Source of the DNA: Octopus vulgaris
Lineage: Eukaryota
Assembly: GCA_951406725.2 (NCBI GenBank)
Contig: OX597814.1
Span: 19,406,001 to 19,470,000, forward strand
DNA: 64,000 nucleotides
Direction: 5' to 3'
In this document: in pieces, positions 40,077-54,476 of the stretch
Position numbering within the stretch: the first letter of the stretch is position 1
Layout of the letters: every line of letters starts with the position of its first letter
The notes under the pieces: generated by a model
The model's database searches: none
What the model was told of the DNA's origin: nothing
The model's input: only the letters and a program-made list of their open reading frames with translations
Made by a program: the position numbers and the translations under genes

Positions 40077-42241
40077 GAATATGTGTGAAGACGCTGCTTG
40101 CTTACCCCAGGCAGTATGATAAATAAGCTCCGACTTGATCTACTTTGATAGAGGGGATCCAATAAGAATTTTGATATAGTGTAGTCAGGTACTGGACCTT
40201 CTGTAGCACTAACCAGCAGAGAGCTTGCTGTCTTCAACAAACATGGGCGAAAGCCTCTTTTCTCCCGAGAGAGCAATCACAATAACAACAACTGCAGCAC
40301 CAACATCACAACCAACAAAAGTATCAGTGACAACAGCAGGCGAAAACAAAATAAAAGTGCCACAGACACCACAATCACAAGGACACGAACACTAACACAA
40401 TACAAACACAAATAGTTACCACTGAGTTTCGACAAAGATACGTAGAGCCGGAAAGTGGCATACTGCCTGCATGAGAGACAAAAATATTTCCAAACCAACG
40501 AAGAATACTTGACGATAGATCATAGTTGAAACCTTTCTGAAGACGAAGGCTAATTTAGTTCCCTTTGAACTGCTCAGACAAATCGTACAAGCGGAACGCT
40601 GGTGACACTGAGATACTTGCTGAAAGCAGAAAAGGGTTTCCACAAATACGATATCTTTACTTACTATCAGCAGAGGAATTTCAACAGTTTCTGCTCAGGG
40701 CAAAGCAGTTTATTTCTTATTTCATCGGATCTGGCTCTAAGCTATATTCGTCGTGAAGATCTCCCACCGCAAACTTTTATCAAAACTGGGCATGTAGTCT
40801 TCCTGTGTTGGCTATGGTGAAAAGGCTGTGAGGCGTACGAAGCTACGAGGTTTGAGAGCTGACACCCTTTTCTTCGCTCAAGCCCTCTTAACTTTATTTC
40901 AAGTTCCACTTGTAAAGAAATTGAGGTTAGAGAAATAAGTGCTCGCCTCCAGAGAATATGTAAAATGGTGGGAGTCTGTGGCGAAAATAGTGTGTATGAA
41001 ATGGCTTTAAGTAGTCGTCTGTACACGCGGGATCAACATTTGGGTGAGGGACCGTGCTGTTAATTGTTAGAGTTATAATGGGCTTGTGGGGTTCCTTGAT
41101 TAGCTCTAGCTGGAGAAACTCTCTATCAAGAGAGCCGCATCATCAATGTACCCATATATTGTGTACACTTTGTATACATCTATCTCAATCGATCCCTCCT
41201 CCTCCTCCTCCTCCTTCGGTCCTCTCATCATTATAATGTAGACCCCACACATGAATCGTAACCTGGCCTTGCCCATCCACTTCATTTGATGCCCCAGTGG
41301 TAAATAAAAGAAATACTTCGTCCACATTTTTATTATTTTATCATTATTTTTGTTCTGTTATTGTCGCTTTTGTAGTTTCCGTTGTTATCGCTATGCGTTA
41401 TATCAAAATGTTGTCTCTCTCTGAAATATAACAAATAGAACATTATCTATTTATCTAATGTTTTGTTTTGTGTTTTTTATAATTGATATATGTATTTATT
41501 TATTCATTCATTCATCGATTCTGTCATTCTGCAATTCAGCCATTCAGTCATTCATTGTAACATATCGGACATTTACTCAACCTTAAATGTGACCTGCTGA
41601 AACAATCAATAAGAATGCGTAACAAAGGTCTTTCTATGCATGTAACTATTGTAGCCTCTTCACGTTGTCAACGTCCACATACATACTGATTGCCTGTATG
41701 CCGCCTCGTCTATTGAACTACTTACTGTCATTGGCTAAGAAAATCGATAGTATTGATTAAGCTTCCAGCGAACAGTATGGTCAGACGGTACTTCTGGTAT
41801 TTCTTTTTTTACATTTTTTGTTTCCTTTCTTTGGTACGAAGAATTCATAAGCCAGAGGTCATTCAAAGCAGTTTTTGTTTGAATGGTTTTGTTAACTAAC
41901 TCTGAAGAGGGACAGACAACACAACGTTGCAAGCGTGCACACGCACACAAACACACACACACACACACACACACACAGAGATTTGTAAACAGAAACTCGT
42001 CATACATATATGTGTGTGTGGTGTGTGTGTGGTGCATGCTTGTGGCTGTCTGTCATCCAAGACGATTGACAACAGCTGTTGGTGTGTTTACGTCCCCCGT
42101 TACTTAACGCTTCGGCAATAAAGTATAGGAACCAGGCTTTAAAAATTAACAACTGAACTAAAATACTTCAATGAAGTGCCCCAGCTGAAACAAGTAAAAA
42201 AAATAACAGAATATATATGTGTGTGTGTGTGTGTGCGTGTT

Positions 42242-42337
<96 letters not shown>

Positions 42338-42583
42338 TGTGTGTGTGTGTGTATGTGTCTGACTTATAATAATATATCATAATATTTTATTCTCCGATTT
42401 GAAGCGACAATTTAGAAATACTAAAAATTACTGAACAATGATGAGCTAATCCCAGCCAGAACCGAACCCACAAATCAACGATAACATGGCTCCTTGCGCA
42501 TCCGATTGGGTCAAACGTTCACCCATCAATTACAGCCAAGTTTAGTTAATATATACTTAAACTGTTTAATACAACGCATAATT

Positions 42584-42736
42584 TTTGTAAACAAACGTGG
42601 ATGGCTAAGTAAGTTACTGAGAGAAAGCTACTATGGAAGGCTTATAGTATAATAATAATAAAAACCATTATACTATGGGCCTTCCATAGTAGCTTTTTCT
42701 CCGAAACTTGCATATCCATTCGCGTTTGTTTACAAA
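42584..42736. repeat. Diverged inverted repeat (~70-bp arms)
   Basis: tttgtaaacaaacg...aaagctactatggaaggc.tatagtataat mirrored across a short AT spacer. Confidence 0.8.
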
Positions 42737-42746
42737 TACTATACAT

Positions 42747-43136
42747 AGGCGAAGGAGTGGCTGTGTGGTAAGTAGCTTGCTAACCAACCACATGGTTCCG
42801 GGTTCAGTCCCACTGCGTGGCATCTTGGGCAAGTTTCTTCTGCTATAGCCCCGGGCCGACCAATGCCTTGTGAGTGGATTTGGTAGACGGAAACTGAAAG
42901 AAGCCTGTCGTATATATGTATGTGTGTCTGTGTTTGTCCCCCTAGCATTGCTTGACAACCGATGCTGGTGTGTTTATGTCCCCGTTACTTAGCGTTTCGG
43001 CAAAAGAGACCGATAGAATAAGCACTGGGCTTACAAAAGAATAAGTCCCGGGGTCGAGTCGCTCGATTAAAGGCGGTGCTCCAGCATGGCCGCAGTCAAA
43101 TGACTGAAACAAGTAAAAGAGAAAAAGAGAAAGAGA
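42747..43136 (+). mobile_element. Full-length SINE-B
   Basis: Complete from head to the aaagag tail. Confidence 0.9.
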
Positions 43137-43154
43137 ATATATACACACACACAT

Positions 43155-43233
<79 letters not shown>

Positions 43234-43852
43234 GGAGGGAGAAAGCATGCATTGCATGGCCACGACATACAAATTACACTCGCCAGAAAACATATTTATG
43301 CCTTCATTACTCGGAGTTTCAGAGCACGTGAAACACGTGAATAATCGTTCAAAGGTCCGCTTTAATCCTATGAAAATAAGAGCAATTATATCATATGCCA
43401 ACTATTTACTCATCCACTTAAATGTGTGTGGCGCTGGATGCGTGCTTGCGTGCATATCTGAACGCCTGCATGTGTGTGCATCTTTAATCTGTTTTACTTG
43501 CGTGTTAATCTCTCTCTTCCTCTCCCCCTCTCTCTCTCTCTCTGCATATATATATATATATATAAATTAATAATAAATATTAGGGAATTTTAATAATTTT
43601 GTTATATATTTAAATAATATAAATTAAATAATCTTTTGTATTGGCTTAAGTTTTTCATTGTATGATTTGCCTAATAGTGGTTTTATCTCTAATTTAATAT
43701 AATATTATAATATATATATATATTACATGTACATACAAGTACACATATTTTGAGTTCTATTTTTCCTGTTTGCACCAACATACGTGTACATACATACATA
43801 CATACATACATACATACAAACATACATACATACATACATGCATATGTATACA

Positions 43853-43893
<41 letters not shown>

Positions 43894-44423
43894 ATAATGG
43901 TCCTTGGATGGAATTTATGAATATTTTAATGCAATGCTACGCACGTTTCCTGTATTCCGTAGAATCCATGAACATCAAGTGGATCATGTTCATGCATTCA
44001 TTTCTTCAGGCAAAATAGCATTAACTTATAAGGAGATGGGGTGTGATGCTGGACTTATTTTGCTATTTGAGTCTGCAGACATCAGGATGGGTAGTATGGT
44101 TATTTTGTTTGATCATATTCACTGCAGGCCCCTCCTCAATAGATTCAGTAGTCGAATAAACAGGTACAGCCATCAAGTTGGATATATTTATCCTACATTA
44201 TATCTATTTCTTTACTACCCACAAGGGGCTAAACACAGAGGGAACAAACAAGGACAGACAAACGAATTAAGTCGATTATATCGACCCCAGTGCGTAACTG
44301 GTACTTATTTAGTATGGTTATTTTGTTTGATCATGTTCGCTGCAGGCCCCTCCTCAATAGATTCAGTATTCGAATAAACAGGTACAGCCATCAAGTTGGA
44401 TATATTTATCCTACATTATATCT

Positions 44424-44654
44424 ATTTCTTTACTACCCACAAGGGGCTAAACACAGAGGGGACAAGCAAGGACAGACAAACGGATTAAGTCGATTATATC
44501 GACCCCAGTGCGTAATTGGTACTTATTTAATCGACCCCGACAGGATGAAAGGCAAAGTCGACCTCGGCGGAATTTGAACTCAGAACGCAGCGGCAGACGA
44601 AATACCGCTAAGCATTTTGCCCGGCGTGCTAACGTTTCTGCCAGCTCGCCACCT
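44424..44654 (-). mobile_element. SINE-A with 16-bp TSD tatcctacattatatc
   Basis: TSD at 44408-44423 and 44655-44670. Confidence 0.9.
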
Positions 44655-45088
44655 TATCCTACATTATATCAACACAGCTCGGTGTGACCCCAAAAACCTG
44701 GTATCGCCAGTTAGCATCATTAAGTTGTAGTCGGCATAATAGAATAGGAGCTTTTATATACGTATTGAAAGCGTTTCCCGTAAAGGAAATTAAAGGATAC
44801 ATATATTGTGGAAGGTTCCCAACCACCACCAAGTGACTAAAATGGACTGAAACATTGCTATAAAATAAAGAACTGTCAGCAATTGGAGGTAAGCAGTCCA
44901 CTGTGAGCCGTTGTAACAGTAATCGTAATGCGTCATGTAAATACTTTGTGTCCCCTTGCTTCATTAAATAACATGCCGGCAGGAAAATAACATCATTGGG
45001 TGAGACAGGCTGACACTGAAGTAGCTTCGCTGATTGATAGGTGACGGTCTCGTTAAGAGAATGCGTGGGCTAAGACTACGCGCCCTCC

Positions 45089-45185
45089 ATTGGTCAGTAA
45101 AAGTTTAGACGTGACACCTTGCTGGGGCTACCTGCTGGAGATTAGCAGCGGGTATTTAAAGGGAAATTTGACAAGACAGTCAGTC
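45089..45185 (+). promoter_or_regulatory. Candidate Pol II core promoter (reverse CCAAT, TATA-like box, Inr)
   Basis: ATTGG at about 45089, TATTTAAA at 45153-45160, TCAGT at 45180-45184 (about 29 nt spacing). Confidence 0.4.
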
Positions 45186-46169
45186 GCCTGTTGACACTCG
45201 TTGACGCTACATCGAAGAGGCCAGGAAATAGAAGAAAGAAGAAAGAAGACTTGCACTCAACACTAGAGCTGAAGACACCTCCGAAAGGTGGGGGTTGGGC
45301 GCCACGTCAAAACGGTAGAGGTGTAGGGGCCGAAACCGGACGTGGTCCTCCTGATGATGTCTTGAGCTAACTGGATCCTATAAAGGAGCTGTTGTGGTAG
45401 CAGACCATGAAACATATCCTTAAATCTTTAAAAATGTTTTAGCTCGAAGGCCGCGGCCATGCTGGGGCTCCCTAATTCCATCACCAAGATATTAAAGTAT
45501 AGTAAACAAGTGAGATCTAGATACGCTCGATATATAAATCACGTAGTATTGCTCAAATGGTTTGATCATAAACTCCTAAGTCTTTATCGATGACCAGATC
45601 GACGGGTTAAGGAGTGGTAATAAGAGAAATTCAAATGAGCTGATATGGGGATAGTGATGGAGATAAGCATGATTAGGCTTGATATACAGGTTGTCCCAAC
45701 AGTCACTGATGGGTTTTAATTTTTAATAACTTCTTTAACCTTACAAATAAATGCATGGTATTTTGATACAATATAAAGACATAATGGACATTAATATGCA
45801 CAAGTCAAATTTTGCAACACCACTACATCACAACAACAACTCCCAAATCATGTGAGCTATAATGTCCTAAAACATGACAACTCCAGTTGGTGCTATTAAA
45901 TTTGACATAAGCCAATTATGGTAGGTATTTTTTTTTAATAGAATTTTCATTACAATATGCATAGTGAAGGAAGTGAGTAGTCGTTCAATGACGACAAAAT
46001 TTATAAAGAGTTAAAGTAGTAAATTACTTGGTACTTTCAGCGCTGTTTTCACATACACACACGCAGAGAGTGAGAGAATGGTTGAAATCGATATCTTCTG
46101 CCGTCATTCTCGTATTATACTTCCCGACTCAAATGCTCTCAACAATTCCTTGAAAGCGTTAACGTAAAA

Positions 46170-46990
46170 AAGATGCCAAATGAGAAAAAAATAGGGAGAG
46201 CGATCAACCTTTTGAAAGGGACAGTCACGAACAATAACCATTGAAACCAAGGACTTGTGTAGTGGAGCGTTGTCCTGATGAAATAAAACCAATTTTGTCA
46301 TTTTTCCTTGATGTTTGGTCTTGATAACCTTTCATAACTACCTCAGCAGGTTGGCATAGTTCTTTCCATTGATAGTTTGGCCCTATTGAAGATAGTCAAT
46401 AAACACAATACCTTTTGCATCCCCAAATCCTTTCAAACAAAATGACTCGCCCCTCTTTGGAGCAGGTGAGAAGCGATATTTCAACTGCATGGATTCTCAC
46501 ATTATCCCTCGCTCAAAGGGGGAAATGCAATATTCATCTTGATTTAGGAAATGTTCAAGGAAATATATGTATGTACCTCAAACAATGTTAGATTTTCCTG
46601 TGATATGATCAGGCTGGTGCACTTTTGATCAGATTTCATACGTGGCACCTACCGAGCAGAACCTTGGTCATGCAAAGTTCATTGTGCAAAATATTCCCAA
46701 CTCTCTTACTGGATATGCTAATAGCATTAGCTGTTTGATTTATAGCCAATCACTTGCCACCCACTGCCATGTTGTGAACAAGATTAATGTTTTCCTCGGT
46801 GGTGGCGGTGCCTAAACATCCGGACATTAGGCATCTCCCTCCCCTCCGACATTTAGCTGCCCACTTTTGCACTGTTGATAACACTTTTGCTCTGGCATCC
46901 CCTAATGTAGCAAGCATATCTCATGAATGTCCTTGGAGGCTAAACCCTAGTTCATAATACCATGATGTTAAACGTTGCTGATTTTCAAGA
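46170..46990 (-). pseudogene. Degraded mariner transposase
   Basis: LSTVQKWAAK..RRG; DAKGIVFIDYLQ*GQTINGKNYANLL; VLFHQDNAPLHKS..DRSPYF. Confidence 0.8.
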
Positions 46991-48234
46991 GAATTGGGCA
47001 CTAGTTACGTTTGAAGTTTTCTTTGAACTGCGAGATATCAGTTTACCTGGAAAGAAACAAAGCATGCAAGAATCTCATAGCTCTAGCACCACTCTTTTAT
47101 GCTCAGTCTCGTATGAAATGAAAACAGAAATATGTAAACCTTCCCTTTGATACGTTTTGAAAACAAGTAAAGACATTTAACAAAACCTTTTCAAAAAATT
47201 TCATCTCATGTAATAAATTTTAATCATTGTTAGATCTTGTCGAATGTAATAAAACAATTTGCACCAAAGGTGACACAGAATGGCAAAATACCTGCGGATT
47301 ATAATAAATTGAATATTGAATATTGAGAGAAAAATAAATATGCTGCATTTATAAAATTATTTTCATAAATGGAGAGAAACACTTCCCCCAAAAGGGCACT
47401 TGTTCATTAGAATACCCTTAGTATTTTTGAAAGGTTAGAATAGAGTTCTCCACTGAATCAAATACTGTAGCTACGTGCAAACCTCCTCTGAAAATAAATA
47501 AGAAGAAAGAATACAGATGAACACAACGCCTTTTCTTGTGCACACACACAAAATGGCCGAAATCAAAATGTTTTCCTGTAATTTTATACACACACATATG
47601 TATATATATATATATATATATATGCACTGGCACATACACACACACACACGCACACACAACACATGCACGTATATATATGGGTGTGCGGATATATACAATC
47701 AGACACACATAAATATACAAACGCACATACATCTTTATGGCAAATTATATTTTATTTCTTTGTACCGTTGTCACATTTGCATAAGATAATAGGATGATCT
47801 TTTCTCATCATGTAGTATTACTATTGATAATAATATATTCATGTACTTTACGATATCATAAAAGAAAAAATATTAATGTGCAGTAAAAAGGATATTAGTA
47901 AAAATGAAAGAATTCTCATATTTTCTCGTACGTGAGGACCACGCTTATTGTCTTCATAGAAATATTTTTCTCTTCTTTTGTTTTTCATATTTTCTCATCA
48001 AAAGATACAGTTTTATTCTTCAAATAAATGAAACCAATTCGTGTGTTATCGTTCTAATGCGTTATAAACCAGAAAGAAAAATATCCAGTGTCTGTTGGTG
48101 ATATCTATATGTGTTGCAGCTGAGTTATCATAAAGTATATGGATATGAGTATATGAATACGAGCGCACACACGTACATGCACACACGTATCTATACATTC
48201 TTGAGTATTTATTTATGCCAACGTTTTATATGTA

Positions 48235-48238
48235 TCTC

Positions 48239-48284
<46 letters not shown>

Positions 48285-48312
48285 CATGTATATACATATA
48301 TACATATATACA

Positions 48313-48387
<75 letters not shown>

Positions 48388-48689
48388 ATATATATATGTA
48401 TGTGTATATATGTATATACATATATACATATATACACCTATACATATATATGTACGCCTACATACATGGCATTCATACATGCATACATATATACGTACAT
48501 ACATAGAGATGTGCTCACACATAACGCAAATGTATGTGTTTATATAAGTATGTGCATATGTATGTATGCGCGCACAGGCATACACACACAAACACACCAC
48601 ACACACACATATACATTTCTATACACACCAACATGTAGTAATATCTACGTACACATATACATGCATATATATGTCTTGGTTTGTATATG

Positions 48690-48739
<50 letters not shown>

Positions 48740-49185
48740 CGTTTAAATGTATATATATATATATGTGTGTGTGTGTATGTGTGTGTGATATATATGTCTA
48801 TATATATACATAAATACGTGCATATATACATACGTATTTATATAGACTCATATACATACATATATATACATACCTTTATGTGCATATATTTATGTATGTA
48901 TGTATGTATGTATATATATATGTATGTATATGAGTCTATGCGTGTGTGTGCACGTGTTTGTGGTGTACGTGGTACTTTATTTCATATGAGAAGCATTTAT
49001 GCACATATATATGTTCGAGGTCTATATGCTTGCATCTATGTCTGTCTGTCTGTCAGTCTGTTTGTCTGTCTGCCTGTCTGTCTGTCTGTCTGTCTGTCTG
49101 TATGTATGTATGTATGTATGTATGTATGTATGTATGTATGTATGTATGTATGTACGTATGTATGTATGTATGCATGTGTGTATGC
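48235..49185. repeat. (TA)/(TATG)/(TCTG) microsatellite field
   Basis: Directly visible. Confidence 0.9.
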
Positions 49186-49496
49186 AAATATGATTGCTTC
49201 ATCTGAGATGATAGCCGTCTCATATAAGATAGTCATATAATCACTAGATGGTTGTGATATGCGCTTGCATAACACATGTGCCTCTCTCGAAATTTCTAAA
49301 GTAAAATATTAGTGAAAAGTAAGAACAAGACGACCGAAAATGATTTAAGTTGCATATTTTAGATCACAAGTCCTCCAGCAAATTTTACCCATATGGATTC
49401 TCTGTGACCACTTGGTTGACTAGATTTTTTTTCATCCACATATAGATGTTCACATACATACAAATATATTGATATATTGTTGTTGTTTTTGTTGTT

Positions 49497-49795
49497 TGTT
49501 CCTTCTTGAGCCACGCCTGGCCCATAAGGGCCGGTCTCCCGGTTTCCTTGTCGTATAAGTTCCCAACCTGGACGGGACGCCGGTCCATTGCAGATGAGCT
49601 GCAAGATGCAGGAGGAAAGAGTGAGAGAAAGTTGTGGCGAAAGAGTCAGCAGAAGTTCGCCATTACCTTCTGCCGGAGCCGCTTGGAGCTTAGGTTTTAT
49701 CACTCATAAACACACACATCGCTCGGTCTGAGATTCGAATCCGCGATCCCTGGTCCGCGAGTCCGCTGCTCTAACCACTAGGCCATGTGCCTTCA
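49497..49795 (-). mobile_element. SINE-C-type head/core with a third tail type
   Basis: ggcacatggcctagtggttagagcagcggactcgcgg head; tail ...gggccaggcgtggctcaagaaggaac. Confidence 0.8.
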
Positions 49796-49869
49796 CATAT
49801 TGATATATATACATACACATATATACCCCTATATACATAGATGTATACATAAAAAGGTAAATACTCTCC

Positions 49870-50200
49870 TAGGTCAAGAAACTTCCTCTCCGAGGCACAA
49901 GTCCGTGCAAGGTTGTTTGTGGAAGACCAGCAATCATTTATGATTACCAGTCTCCCTTCTCTATGTCACCGATGTTATCCTAGGGAAAGGTAAAGTTCGA
50001 TATAGTTTGGCACCAGTGACGTTGCAACTCATTTCTACAGCTGAGTGAACCGGAGCAACATGACATAAAATATCTTGCTCAAGAACTCAACACATAGGTC
50101 GGTCCTAGAATTGAAGTTACAATTCACGATTGTAAGCTCGATGCTGTAACCACTGAGCCATGTGAAGGCGCATGGCTCAGAAGTTAGAGCATCGAGCTTA
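49870..50200 (-). mobile_element. SINE-D with a fold-back copy of its head (50133-50200)
   Basis: taagctcgatgct..tgagccatg / catggctcag..agcatcgagctta. Confidence 0.8.
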
Positions 50201-50226
50201 TTATATATAAATAGATAGATAGATAT

Positions 50227-50812
50227 GTTTCTTTATTAGCCACACAGGGCTGAACACAGACGGGACAAATTACAAAGTAGAGATTTTCTTTTTGGGGAGA
50301 AAAATAAAGTGGGGTATGTTTTCGATCAAAAGGCATCGTAAAAAGGGGGAAAAAACGAAAGAAAATAGAAAAACGATCGATAGGGATCGTGTATCACAGA
50401 AATGTCATGATGTAAGGAGTAAAGGGGGAAGCAGATAAGGTTTATCCGTGGAAAGAAAAGCCTACGGAAAAGACCACGGTAACCTCTGTCAATAATGTCA
50501 CATGTTAACACATTTATTTGCAAGTAAGTAACTCTCTGTTTTCCGGGTTCCTAGGATTATGCTCAAGATGGCTTCATCATTCATACGTGCCATCCTTGCT
50601 ACATTTTCCCATCTTTTTTTACACATTCCCTAGACAAAAGTTGCCTCTCTACTCTCACTTTTCTTTTCGAGTGATACTTGAAGAGGCTGATGAGAGATTG
50701 GCCAAAGAGGAAAGTGTTTGTCTCTAATCCTTTCAGACGCGTCCACCTGATACATTCTTTCGCCATAGCCACAAGTATGATGAAAATAGCTCTTCCTTCC
50801 CGTTTGAAGGAA
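50227..50812 (-). mobile_element. Tx1/L1-like LINE 3' fragment (ORF2 C-terminus and 3' UTR)
   Basis: AMAKECIRWTRLKG..F..RKVRVERQLLSREC..RWENVA fits the L1/Tx1 AKxxIWxxR..E..W tail. TSD gatagatagatat at 50214-50226 and 50813-50825. Confidence 0.7.
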
Positions 50813-50840
50813 GATAGATAGATATATATATATAGATGGT

Positions 50841-50926
<86 letters not shown>

Positions 50927-51676
50927 TACATATGATGTTGCTTTGCATTTGAACGCATCATATAAAACTGGAAGCGCCAATATACTAGAAAATATAAAAT
51001 TAAAAATAAGCGAAGAAAGAAATTGAAAAATATCAATCAAAACGAACATGTATGGTTTCTTTCAGTTGCTATTGCCAAAAGCTACTGGCCTGAAACCCAA
51101 GAAGAAGCAAGGATTGGGAATTCGTGATGAGAAGAAATTCGAAGGAAAGGATATAATGAAAATTTACATCAGACTAGACAATCGCCATTTCCAGTTTACC
51201 TGAGGACTTAGTGGATTACATGTGACCTATTCTATTAGCCTATCTTTATCTCTTAGTGAATTTAATAAGGGTGAATTCTGTTGGTCGAGTTCCGTACAAT
51301 TCAATTGGAAATCTTAAACTGAGAAGCGAAACGAACATGTATTTTTCATTACGTAAAAATGTGCGTCAGTCATTAAACAACGACCGTACTTGGGCATTGC
51401 CTAGAATAGTTTTAGTCGAAAAATTTAACTTCAATATTTTTTTAAAGTCTGACGCTTATTCTATCCATCTCGTTTTTCGAACCGCTGCGTTATGGAGTAA
51501 TAAACTGAAAAAAAAAAAACACCGGTTGAGTGAGGAAGGGCATAAGCATAGTGACAAAAGACACGTGAGTATATATATGTAGGTGTGTGTATGTATAGAA
51601 AGAGTTAGTTAGACAGACATGTAGATATACATACATCAACGTAGCAGTCGTACACCTGATATACATATATAAATAT

Positions 51677-52156
<480 letters not shown>

Positions 52157-52977
52157 AATATAAATGATATCAATATTATCGGATGTAACTTATCTATTAC
52201 ATTTATACAGATTATAATAAGAGACATAGAGATGAGTTAATAGCTTCGTTCTTAATAATGAAGTTGTTATTTATATGCATCCAACATTGCATCAAATATT
52301 GCTAAAAATTGCCAACTGTCTCAAATATTTCACGGGCGGGGTGGTGGAGGGTCACCGATTCATTGAATGGAATCTTTAGATACTTAATCGGAAAATTTTC
52401 GTTAACCACAGAAAAGCAGGAGTGATAAGGAGGTGTGGAGAGGTTTCTCTCTTCTCTCTTCACTGTTTTGTCAAAAGCAACAATTACTGGTATTCGATGA
52501 AATTAAACAGCTTCGTTTTCATTCTTGCAAGTTTTAGGAAATCTTCTATTCCTAGGTTTTGTATTAAAAGCAGATTAATGCCTTTCATCATATAGGAATT
52601 CATATTTTTCTACACTGGCTGATACGAATTTTCAATTAATAAGAATCCACTCGACCATAGTTTTATCCAGCTAAATCGACTTTGTCTACGTTGCACCGTA
52701 ATAAATAAAATTAGACTTTCGTATGACATCAAAGGAGATGTTCACTGCCCGAAAAACCTTGAAACTATGTTTAACATTGCTGAAGTGAGAACATAGATGG
52801 AATCACTGGATTCCTTTAGCAGGAAGTTAATTTGTCTATAAGTTCGTTATGGTTAAACCCATCGAAATGTCTATTACATCAGCAATCACTTACAATTGGG
52901 AAAATTCTTCTGTGAAAGACCCTACAGGGAGTAAATTACAGAACTGTAATGAGTATGGCATTCTTTGAACATATATA

Positions 52978-53054
52978 TTTGCATGCATGTATGTGTTTGT
53001 GTGTGTGTGTATATATATATGTGTGTATATATATATATGTATGTATATATATAT

Positions 53055-53130
<76 letters not shown>

Positions 53131-53376
53131 TTTGTCTGTCTGCCTGTGTATCATATGTTGTGAGTGTATGTATGTATATATTTGCATGCGTGTATGTGTT
53201 TGTGTGTGTATATATATATGTATATATATATATATATGTGTGTGCGTATATATATATATATATATATATATAAGTATGTATGTATGTATGCATGTATATA
53301 TATATATGTATATATGTGTGTGTGTGTATTTATTGTTTTTTCTGTCTGCCTGTGTATCATCTGTTGTGAGTGTATG
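52978..53376. repeat. ~200-bp tandem duplication within microsatellite
   Basis: tttgcatgc.tgtatgtgtttgtg and tctgtctgcctgtgtatcat.tgttgtgagtgtatg each occur twice. Confidence 0.8.
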
Positions 53377-53703
53377 GGTGTCGTATTGATATGTGAATGC
53401 TTTAGTATACAGGCACTGAATAACAGAAAACTAATGACTATTGCATTCCTTGAATGTACACGCACATGCATATATTACTCCTAGATACACATACGCACAC
53501 ACACACATACATGTATACAGATGATCCCCGATGTACATACGAGTAATTGTGTGTGCGTGTATGTATGTCTATGCATGTATGTGAATGTGCATATGTATAT
53601 TTATGCATATATATATATACACACACACATATACATATATAAATTAACAGAATGAGATAAAAACCAAAGCTGTGAAAGGTTTCAGAACATTTATAAATAC
53701 AAG

Positions 53704-53750
53704 GTCTTACAGCTGTTTCCGGGATATTTTATATATCCTTCATCGGAGAC
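53704..53750 (-). ncRNA. Minimal hammerhead ribozyme (U4C core variant) in a Penelope-like terminal repeat (about 53640-53880)
   Basis: Minus strand: GTCT-CcGATGA-aGGATAT(ataaa)ATATCCcg-GAAA-CAGCTG-TA-AGAC. Palindromic stem III, GUA site. Confidence 0.7.
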
Positions 53751-53901
53751 GGTGTGAGAGAATGGTTAAGCAGTAGTTATTCTAGATAAAATATGAAATA
53801 GAGTGTGAAGTGGAGGAATGAAAATAAACGTAAGATATGCAGGGATATTATATATCTTCAATTCCATTATTTAGGCAGAATGGTATACATATAAATATAT
53901 G

Positions 53902-53945
<44 letters not shown>

Positions 53946-53983
53946 TATTAATATATAGATATATTTATATATATACATATATA

Positions 53984-54031
<48 letters not shown>

Positions 54032-54146
54032 AAATATTAGGGAATAAATCCAAATTTACAGGGAAAAATCAGATTTAGGATTAAATCCAATTTTATAGTA
54101 TAAAGATATTATATTATATTATATTATATTTATATTAGAGATAAAA

Positions 54147-54203
<57 letters not shown>

Positions 54204-54321
54204 ATTTATATATATACATATGTGGGTTATGTTTTTCATTGTTTGATTTGCCTAATAGTGGTTTTATCTCTAATTTAATATAATATATATATATATATAT
54301 ATATATTAATATATAGATATA

Positions 54322-54380
<59 letters not shown>

Positions 54381-54382
<2 letters not shown>

Positions 54383-54476
54383 CACATATGCACAGATCCA
54401 TATAAACAGTCACGTTTATATATATATATATATATATATAAACGTGACTGTTTATATGGATCTGTGCATATGTGTT
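54381..54476. repeat. Perfect palindrome centred on (TA)n
   Basis: aacacatatgcacagatccatataaacagtcacgttta mirrored. Confidence 0.95.

Larger units (their letters stand above)
43892..45419 (+). mobile_element. Probable ancient Penelope-like element remnant (classification uncertain)
   Basis: Starts at (TA)n. Weak GIY-YIG-like decayed frame (LLY..TYIVE..KH..IK..TLCP..LN), then a core promoter and hammerhead-like fragments. Short imperfect inverted ends aaggata..atggtc. Confidence 0.35.

Noticed and set aside
41106-41327. YIDD motif suggesting a reverse transcriptase
   Set aside because: No other RT motifs in frame, and a stop follows shortly after.
44380-44730. Kolobok accessory-protein-like PSCV..Y..DG motif on the minus strand
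   Set aside because: Short, contains a stop and lacks the upstream conserved residues; not distinguishable from chance.
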